A stretch of 64,000 nt of DNA from contig CM120647.1 in the NCBI GenBank assembly GCA_051362555.1, positions 14,174,651-14,238,650 on the forward strand, read 5' to 3'. This stretch comes from Lingula anatina. Taxonomy: Eukaryota; Animalia; Brachiopoda. Of the stretch, positions 54,509 through 64,000 are shown in pieces (the first letter of the stretch is position 1; each line of letters starts with the position of its first letter). The notes beneath the pieces were generated by a model. It saw nothing but the letters and a program-made list of their open reading frames with translations, did no database searches and was not told where the DNA came from. Made by a program: the position numbers and the translations under genes.

Positions 54509-54835
54509 TCAATAGAAGTTTTCTCCGCGGGCAAAAGCCTCAGGAGGTTTCGGTTTCTCTTCAGTCCAGTTACCTCCAGCAACAGGTTGCTGGTAGTTTG
54601 GATTCTGGTAGGAGGGTCCTCCGCCTGTTTGGTACGGGACATATGGACCTGGCTGTTGGTATGCCATAGGGGCAGTGGGTGACATGTAGTGTTGAGACTG
54701 TGGTGGAAGCTGTTGTTGTGGCGGTTGTGGGACGGTGCTTATTACTGTGACGAACTGCTGACCCGGTACACTGCCCGGTATATAGAGAACTTGCTGAAAT
54801 GACAAACATCAATACCACAGTGAACAATGTGATAC

Positions 54836-54878
<43 letters not shown>

Positions 54879-57800
54879 GTTCCGGTGTGTTTGTGTGTCT
54901 GTTTAACTATAAAATATACTGAATGAAAAAAAAAAAAAAAACAATTGTGGAAAATTCAATGGATAAAATTTCATCCTAACTTAAATTAATGGTATTAGAA
55001 TAAAAATGCCACAAATACCGTTTCTCGCTGGTCTATGGTCGAGCAGCAACAGCAGACAGAGGCGGACACGATGGCTACTATGAACTCAATGAAGCCCAAT
55101 CCTGCCGCTGCCCCAATAAACACATACAGGAAAATACTGTCACCGTACCTGGTCTGTAAATAAAGGCATGGGTATTAAAGTGCATGTTTTCAACTGATAC
55201 TTGGGCGTGAAAAACCCGTAATAAAGGTATATTGTGTCACCCCTACCGCTATTACATTCATTGCAACAAGGGTACCCATGGATTTAATTTTACTATCACA
55301 TAACAACAGCGAAACTGATCGTATAGTGTAATAGGGGGTGTGAATGGTAGAACTACAGGACTACAGAAGAGAAGATATTTACACACTTTCCCCGTATTCA
55401 TGACATTTAGGAACTTGACCGCAGCATTTTTAAAGAATAGGGGTAATTACGTTGCCAAGTGTATACCGTCAGTAGACGTCTTCACAGTCGCCGTTATTTT
55501 GACAGGGTTCTTGTTAGTAGGCCAGTGGTCACGTCGGCAACCGTCTACATCGAGTCAGATGGTATACCTGAATTCTTATCTGGCATGGACACCAACTAAC
55601 AATTGAAGACTGAGACCCCATTTCCATAGATTTTAGATCGATCTATCCCCGTGGGGTCTCACTAGATTACTGTCAGCTTAGCCGGACTAAGCGTCTGTCC
55701 TGCCTACTAAAAGCTGAAAGGGGGTAATTAACTATGGTGCGCGCTCGGCTGACTGCAATTTAGCGTGAACCCCCAGGGAGTTAAGTCGATCTAAATCTAA
55801 ATCCCTGGATCGATCTAAATCTCTGGGAATGCAGCCTGATACTTGCCATAGACACAAGCAGGTTAAGCGTTGTAAAAAGTGTACGTTGGGATTTGTGAGT
55901 GGTTTGGAAAGCAGGTGAAAAGAAGCGGCTTCCCAAATTTCTGTCTCTATAGTCAAGAGAACGCACTCCACATAAGTCGCATGGCATGGGGTCGTTTGGC
56001 TACCATTGTATAGGCGGGCTGACAGTGGTCAACGGAGGCCTGAACGCATAGCCATGCATCCAAATTCTGCCGAGACTATCTTTTCGGATCATGACCACCC
56101 ATTTATGTTTTAGCATGATAATGCTACTCCACGCACAGCCAATGTATAACAGTAGATTGGTCATATAGTATATACCGGTACAAACCAGACCCGGACCACA
56201 AAGGACAGCTTAACCCCCCAAGTCGAAACCTAAGAATGTGTGGGATATCCACGGAAATGGATAACTGAAGGATAATCCTGCTAATAAATTAAATGATCTC
56301 ATACTATCTATGCACTATATGTGGAACACCAGCATTTGGCAAACGTTACATGACTTTTTGACTTTACGCAAAGACAGGTGCGTCAACTAGTCCAGGGGAT
56401 AAAGTACAAAATATTAAAATGTGGCTTTGTTAATTTTACTATGGTTAAGTCATTCATTGGTTGTACAATCAGTAACTTTTTGTGTAAAGAACCTTTTAAT
56501 ACGTTGAAATAAGAACACTGGATCACGACATGATCCCCATATCACTTTATCAGTTGCTTTAGGGGTACCACTTGTTAGGGGAGTATAGTAAAGCGGATTT
56601 TAGCGCTGAAATACAATTAAATGAACGATATTTTGCAGCTCTCGACAATTCAGATGTTCATAGTTTAGCTTTTACATTCATTTTATCGTATGGATTTACT
56701 ACAGTATAGGAAATGTACAGTTTAGAAATGTAATTATAAATTCTAAGCAATGATGGTACTGTATATGGCTGTTCATTTAAATAATGCAGATATTTGACAG
56801 ATCTCAAGTGACTCCGACTCTTCACTTGCTAGTAAATGTAGCATTGTCGCTTAATGCTCATTCCCAATGAGGGTCTACGTAAGTCAATTCAGCTCCATGG
56901 AGGCCCTTGCTGATTGCAATCAGTTTAAGAGATTAATACTCTACCTTTTTTTTTCTGATGTGCTGTTACAATCGCCTGCTTTTCTGCGTTCCACTCGACG
57001 CCTCCAAGAAGAGGTTTGTGCATTTTACGTGTGACTAACATCTTTCAGCGCATTCTAAACATCGGACTAAGAGATCCTTGGGACAAATATGGCCGACTAC
57101 TTGACGACTCGTGTAATCCCTGCGGGGAATGTATTTAGGGTCTATAATTGGGAATAAAGCGGCAAGTCTTTAGTTGGTCAGCATATTTGATCTGCAGATC
57201 TGTTACAGTTAGTCCACGCTGTTCTAAATGTGCTCTTACGCCCTCTGCTACGAGGGCTCCTAAATAGTAAGATAAATTAATATCTTTGTAACAGAACAGT
57301 AACGCATCCTGTGGCCAGAATAAAAAAAACTTAAAATAACATGTTGTCATTTTCTGTCATACTTACTCTGTACAAAGATGCAGCAGTCGCTATCCCCATC
57401 AGAGTCGGAGCGAAGATTACAGCAGTGAGGATTGAAAGCGTCTGGAAAGAGTTACGCTGAAAGAGAGAGTGAAAGGAGCATACATGATATATACATTGTT
57501 TATTATCATAAATTCGCATAGAGTATAGAGACCTGTTTGTCCCGAGCGTAATATATCTCAGCGATACAACCGCATATGTATGTTTTGGGAGAAATATCTC
57601 TCCTCATGTCATAACGTCAAAGGGTGCTCGTTCCTTTGAAAGTTCTCCACATCCGGGGGTAGGTAATTAATTGGCCGTCATTAGGGGAGGTGGAGGGGAG
57701 GGCCGTATTGCAAAATCACTGTCTTAAAGGACAAGGTTCACGGAAAAATCCATTTCTCGAATTTTGAAGATTCAGCACTCAATCTATACACTAGAGGTAT

Positions 57801-58852
57801 GTTTTAATCGATACCCGCCATTTAAAAATTATAAAAACAATCTATTGATAGTAAAAAAGCGTTTTAGTAAACATCACCTAAATATGCATAAATGAAGCAA
57901 CAGATCTGGGTCACGTGGTACTGTGACGACAATCACGATAAAGGTCTATGAGACTCAACTGAGCTGCATGGTGCAAACAGACAGAATGATTTTGGAAAGT
58001 TGTGTTGAACGGAGTTGAGCAATTTTCTTTATGCCTCAGTGTGTTGCCGTGGGATTCACCAAAATTGCAGCACTCCTTGACTATCTTTCTTTATCTGTGA
58101 CGGTCTTCCGTGACTAACTTGCTAACTTTGGTGACAATAGTTGCGATCCTCGCAATCTCGGTCACCTCAGGTGTTTTAGATCATATCAAAAGCTGATAGT
58201 CTTTTAGATACTGTCATCAGTTGGCAAGCTTACTAATTACTGATGCATTTTTAAATTCATTGTAGTTGACCAAGAGCTCGTTAACAATAAAACCTGTTAA
58301 TTATGCACCGCTGCAATTCCCAAGTCAGGTAATAACAGGTATGAAACTCGTCTTGGTGGGCTTTCATATTTTTCAATATATTTCATTTATTTCATGGGGT
58401 TATTTTATTGGTATTTGTAAATGATGTTAAATATCAATACTTAAACAATTAAGAGAGAACAGTTTCATTAGCGCTGTATGTATATATTCAAATTCTTGTT
58501 TTTCTTTTTATCAAGAGCTTGTAAAATATGTGGGTATTACCTCCAATATTGATAAAAAGAAAAACAAGAATTTGAATTAAACAATAAAGTTCTAACACGG
58601 TCGCTAACATTAATAAAAGAAATTGCTCTCAGGGTATCTTGAAGCTTCCGTGGAAGAAAACGTGTTGAGGAAAAACAGGAAAAAGAGAGTTATATTAAAG
58701 AAAAAATGGGAACTGCTGTAATAAAATGGTTCGTTATCCTAATTTGTTTATGCATTGAGGATTTGTTTCTGAAGATTATTTCATCTGAAATATAAAATAA
58801 TTTAAAAGATTGATCATTTTATAACTTGAAACGCAAATTCTGCGTCAGTACG

Positions 58853-58897
<45 letters not shown>

Positions 58898-61800
58898 AAA
58901 TTTGTAAGCTTATAACACCGTGCTATAAAGATCTACTCAAGAAAAAAATTTGCTTGGGTTAAATTGAGTACGGAATGAACTGGAGACACTTGGCTTGTCA
59001 TTAAGTTTACACGAAAATATGTCAGGTAACTTTATACTGTCTTTGAAAGAGTAAAGATTGAAAGATAATTTTATACAAACTTTGACGGAGGAAATACCTA
59101 CAAAGAGTAATGGGCTATTTCGCCAACATCTTGTTGAACATTTTACACTGCAATTCTATTTAAATAAGCTAAGGAACTAATTGCCAAATTTATACTCTCA
59201 TCACATAACAGGGGGGTAACTAGACCTGCAAAAATTGTACGCACATATTTAAAAAAATTACAAGCATATACAGCAAAATGTAGACTTACGCAAAACATGA
59301 AGGACAGCGTAATCACAGCAAATGTACCTCATATAGTAGCTTAATTTCCATTAATAATAAAATCATCATTTAAGTCAAAAATATTTTCGCGATTTAATAA
59401 CTATTCTAATTTACCCAGAACGGTATATTTATTTTAAAGGCGGTTAACTGAAATATACAGACTTGACATTTAATATGGAATATTTTTTCCAAATCATTTT
59501 TCATCAGTTTTTTTCCTATTTTACTGACTGATAAATGAAAATAAGGATTAAAATCGTGTTCTAATAACTTTTAATCATCTCTTTGATGTCATTGTGACAT
59601 CAGTTCATTAATGGAATTCACCAGAGAAGCAAACAAAAACACATTGCCTTTTCTACGTCATACGGCAACCATTAAATGAGATATTTTAGATCTCCATATT
59701 TTCCAAATTATTGTCTGTAAAAGAGTTACACGCTCCACAAAGGACCCTCATGTCAGTGTCTAGTCACAGTAACAGTCGCTGTTACGCCTGACCTCTTCTG
59801 GCTGCTACCAGCGCTCTCAAGCGGCAAGGCATTCCTTGGGATATGGTTTTAGAGTTCAATCTGGAATAACATTCCAGGCATCGGTCGAAATCTGTCCAAT
59901 TTGGCTCAGTTTTGTTGTAGGACATGTCGGCCATTCATCTGGCGAGTAATGGCCTACCCACATATTGTCTACGTGGTTCAAATATGGCGGTTTTGATGAC
60001 CAAGGTAGCTGTTCATTCCCTTGGTTCTCTAAGTAATCTGTTATTAAAAGTGCTCTGTGTGAACCGGCAATCCCACCCTACAACCTAAAATTGTTCTTAA
60101 GGTGCCCCCTATCAAATGATAGTCAAGTGGTTCCCAGATTATTCCTTTATTTAATCTGGTTCAGATTTTCGTCGATGACTGCCATTGATGTTTTGGCACC
60201 AATGTGGTATCCACTTCAAATACTGACGCTGTAAATGACCTAAGTCACTTTAGAGGCGGCACACACTTCGTCGTTGGCCTCTTCTGGATGTCTGTAAACT
60301 CTGTTTTGACTAGTTGAGCGGTACAGGTGAAATCTGACCTCAATAAAGAAAGCCACGAGGTTTCAGTGTTCAACCCAGAAACGGTCATGGTCCCTAATTC
60401 ATTAGAGAAACATACAACGATGTTTTGCTGTTTACAGTGGGTTCCTCGGAGGTCGTCTGGTATGCTAACCTGCAAAAACCAGTTTGGTGTTCGCTAAGGG
60501 CCTTGAAAAATGCGTTTTGATGGCAATTTACCCCTCATTCTGAACGGACTGGGTGGTTTTTGTTTAGTTGCAACGGCATATCCTGAAAGACAGTGGGTCC
60601 TGTACTCTGGTGGTAAGATTTTAATACATTGGGTGTGGCCTCTATGTAGGTACATCAGTCTGGGCATTATTCTATAAAACTGTGCGGACCGTTTCGTTTG
60701 GCGCAATTAACTGTCTGGCAATGTCTGTCTTTTTCGCGCCATTTTGCCACAGATTAACAAATTTGCAAAGCACTGCATAGCTCATTTTACACACTGCAAA
60801 ACCGACCACTTGCATGCAAAATTTCAATTTCTTCTATGCAGTAGTTGCCGACATATGGATACTTTTTTGACAGAACCGTGCTTTGCCAAAGCCAAGCTTT
60901 GACCTGCCCAAAGGAGCACTACCCAATTAAATTACTTCATATTACATAATGCAGCAGCGTAACAAACCTGGTATTCAGTTAATTGGAAGCGACACACCTG
61001 ACTACACACTTCTTCATTCAAATATCTTATATGAGATATTAGTTTTTTGAAAAAAGAACGCATTTCTACCTAGGCACACCTTCGAAACTGAAATATTCCA
61101 TATTAAATGTCAAGTCTGTAGTTTTATGATTTGTGTGTGAAAATTGCCCATGTCACCCTGTTAGTTTGGAGGTCTAAGCTGGATCTAGTCCGTGTTAAAA
61201 TTCCTATGAAGTTGTGCAGGAAAATTTCTTCCTTTCTTTCTCTAGCACCTCGATAAACCTGGTGTTCAGATTTTATCTAGTACCCCCAGGTCTACGGGAG
61301 CTGCCCTTTGTAACTAACGCACAGGTAGATTTTTACCTGAGATAACTGGAGTAAAGCTTAGATAGAGAGTGCGTTCGATACAAGCAAGACAAATTGAATG
61401 CCATTTAACCCTCTAATTAAGAGGTAAAGGAAGTTCCAGCTAGATGGATGATTAAGATAGGATTTGTAAAGGTAACGGGCATTGTTTACCTCAGTTTAAT
61501 AAAAGTATGCAAGACGGAGTGTCAGCGGTTTAATAAAATAAATTGAATTTCACAAATAACATGGACCTCATATGCAATAATCAACATTTCCCTTAACTCA
61601 TTCAAATGCAGAGTTTTATACAACTTGGGATAACCATGATTAAATGCTTGTTAAAGATTTGACTAGACGGGAAATGGTTTTACACAGCTTCACGAGGATT
61701 TAGACCCCTCGGGTAAGAGATTTGAATGAGTATAAACTTTTATCAGAAGCGAGAGAAGTCATCGTACAGGTAGACAATGCAGCTCAGTTTAACAGCTAAG

Positions 61801-63322
61801 CACGCTCTATTCTCCAGTGGCGCGATTGTCGTCATCAGACCACGTGACAACGTAGCTCATTAACTCTCAGGCCGAGCAAATAGGACGTTTTTTAAAGCCA
61901 AAAATTTACAAAATGAGCTTTTAATTTGTGTATTTGGATAAAGATATCGTTAGTTGGGCATGTTTTCTGAAGAATATGTTCCGTTCAGGCCATTCTGACG
62001 GCATGCAGCAAATCCTTTAAGTAATGACCAGGGAATAGATTGGGCATGCTTTTATCAAAATGAAAAGTTTGGGGGACTTGCAAGAACAATTTTACTGCTG
62101 CTAGTTTGTAGCCATATTGCAGCACATTTACCGCAAATTCACAAAAAAAGAATTGCAGTTTGCAGCGATATTGTAAAAAAACTTCCTGCAAATTCGCCGT
62201 GGATTTGCTGTAGACCTGATCGATATTTTCCTAAAGGACAGACTCAAAACCTATAAGAACAAATGTACTGCTTACGTGTATGGCAAAATAAACAATGAGG
62301 AACAGTTTTGATTGTCACTCTATCGGCAGCCGTTTAAATTACCACTGCATCTTAATGAGTAACTCTTATTCAGATAAGGTTCGTCTCTCCCTCCTTCTAT
62401 CTCTCTCTCTCTTTCTTAATATATTGCCTAGGCTTATTACTCCTTGATTCTTTGTGCGACTAATTACCAGCTACTCGGTAAATAAGTCTGTCAATCAAAC
62501 GATAAGTAAATTTATACTAATATACTCATTTATCTTTTGATTAATTTCTTTCTGTAATTACTCACCAGGCATCGTTTGTAGCTTTGTCGATTTCTTGTGA
62601 TGCAAGCGCCGAAAATACCGGTGAAAAAAAACTGAAAGTTTAAGAAGAGACAGAGATTCGTATAACATTTGTTTTAGATTAGAACCATTAATATTGCCAG
62701 TCATTTTTTGTAGGCATCAAAATTAAGGACATGTATCCAACAGCTAAGGAGCCGACAAGAGCAGGTATGTTACTAAATAAAATCACTATCAAAAGTACGA
62801 GTTACATGGACTAAAAACATAGGTTCTTCAGAAAATATGTTTTGTCTTTCATAAAATCCTGATAGATAATCTTGTTCAGTTGCTATGTATGCTAATATAA
62901 ACTGTGCGAATTAATTGCCTTAATATGACTAGTTGGTAATAAAATAATAAAATTAATTGCAATAACTTATATATTCTTTAATTATTCTAGTCGGTATATC
63001 ATGTTAAGTATTTGGAGGGTAGCTGGTATTATTAAAAATTAGAAAAATAAAAACTTACCCAGGCACCGCACCATATGGGAGCACTGACCATGGTCGAGGT
63101 ACGTTCTATGTTATAGAATGTTCTGGAGTAGCTGTCGCGATAATAATAGCTGTTGAAATCTATTGTGTAGAAGAAATAGTTTAGTTGGAGGTCAGTCACG
63201 CCACACCCTATTATAAGGAGTCCCAAAGCGATCTGGAATCCACCCAAACATTTGAGGGCACCATAAGGAAAACGGTCTAGGGGCTGCCCCGTCTGAACCA
63301 GTTGGGTATGGCTTACGTTCAT
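54509..63322 (-). CDS. MS4A/CD20-like four-transmembrane protein, 279 aa
   Basis: Five exons, all joined in phase 0: 63322-63059, 62631-62566, 57456-57367, 55153-55019, 54793-54509. MS4A-type motifs: LGGFQIALGLL (TM1), APIWCGAWFFFTGIFG (TM2), LSILTAVIFAP (TM3), LGFIEFIVAIVSASVCC (TM4); Pro/Gln/Tyr-rich tail. Confidence 0.88.
55291..56589 (+). mobile_element. Highly degenerate Tc1-like transposon, interrupted by a MITE
   Basis: Relic translation GSFGYHCIGGLTVVNGGLNA...IQIL...FMF*HDNATPRTA matches the Tc1 DDE region; ends are weakly inverted (TACTAT...TAACAA / TTGTTA...ATAGTA). Confidence 0.65.
55614..55836. mobile_element. Tourist/Harbinger-type MITE, copy 2
   Basis: Homologous to 39952-40165; TGA target duplication. 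Confidence 0.85.
59458..61118 (-). mobile_element. Full-length Tc1/mariner element (1661 bp) with a decayed transposase, inside MS4A-like intron 2
   Basis: Perfect 28-bp TIR CAGACTTGACATTTAATATGGAATATTT with TA on both sides; the minus strand retains WSSKPPYLNHVDNMW (compare WPSxSPDLNPIENxW). Confidence 0.9.
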
Positions 63323-63510
63323 TGTCAGTCTGAAAGAAAATAGGGGGTATGTACCGTGTGATTGTAGATTGTTTTTCTTACACATCTTTCCTTTTAAAAA
63401 TGCCACTTTTCACATTTTATACCATGGAAATATTAGACGATATATTTCCATGACCATGTTTACATATGGACTTTTTTATCTGCCACTAGCTTAGAAACTG
63501 ACGGTGCATT

Positions 63511-63541
<31 letters not shown>

Positions 63542-64000
63542 CAGAGATATTTCTACACAAAATATAGGCAATGCACATGCATAACTACAAATGATAATTT
63601 CCTTTATTAATATTATAAAAGAAATATAATATAAACGAAAAAATAAAAATGAGATTCATCATGAGAAATGACACCCACTGTTTTTGTCGGCACCAAAAAT
63701 TTTAATTCAAGAACTATTTAGAAGTACTACTAATACTAATACACTATACTCTCACGTTTTTCCATAGAGTTCGTTTTTCCATAGAGTTGCACCTACGGAT
63801 AATTTGCAACTTAAATAAACGACCAGAAAGGTGCTTGAATGAAATTCAACGCCGCACTGTTTGCTTACTGTTGTTATGATTGCGCGACAGACACAATGCA
63901 GAATCCAGGGTTCAAGAAAAGCAAGTAGCAAGCACAGGTGTGGCAAAGCGAATGTAATTGTGGATATCACACCTGAACGTAACGTTTCGGTTTAAATATT

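Noticed and set aside
57724-59046. Possible large Kolobok-like element (a similar start lies at 36469)
   Set aside because: The left end TTAAAGG is suggestive, but the right TIR is too degenerate to define boundaries.
63752-63970. 72-aa minus-strand ORF upstream of the MS4A-like gene
   Set aside because: Non-ATG start and no homology; more likely a 5'-UTR exon (AG at about 63973, GTGAG donor at about 63755), unverifiable.

Overview
AT-rich, intron-containing animal (invertebrate) genomic DNA with microsatellites and transposon relics; no rRNA, tRNA or CRISPR seen. The taxon cannot be fixed from sequence. By reading splice sites and phases I reconstruct four spliced genes. (1) A 14-exon secreted astacin metalloprotease (signal-pro-astacin-EGF-CUB-TSP1-Cys tail, 605 aa, 24196-35355 +) whose Met-turn methionine is replaced by Leu. 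(2) A STELLO/DUF288-like type II glycosyltransferase (44059-47148 +), preceded by decayed paralog fragments. (3) A convergent 4-exon sulfotransferase of the Sulfotransfer_3/Stf3-like, mostly bacterial type (48232-51418 -). (4) A 5-exon MS4A/CD20-like tetraspan protein (54509-63322 -). A large Ser-rich exon (4645-5367 +) ends in a strong donor but has no identifiable partner exon, so these genes may be nested in a giant intron. Mobile elements include RTE-type LINE relics, two Tc1 relics (one with perfect TIRs), PIF/Harbinger-type MITEs and a TTAA-flanked Kolobok-type MITE. The best candidate for an undescribed system is the adjacent STELLO-like glycosyltransferase plus bacterial-type sulfotransferase, a possible sulfated-glycan locus; any functional link is inference only.
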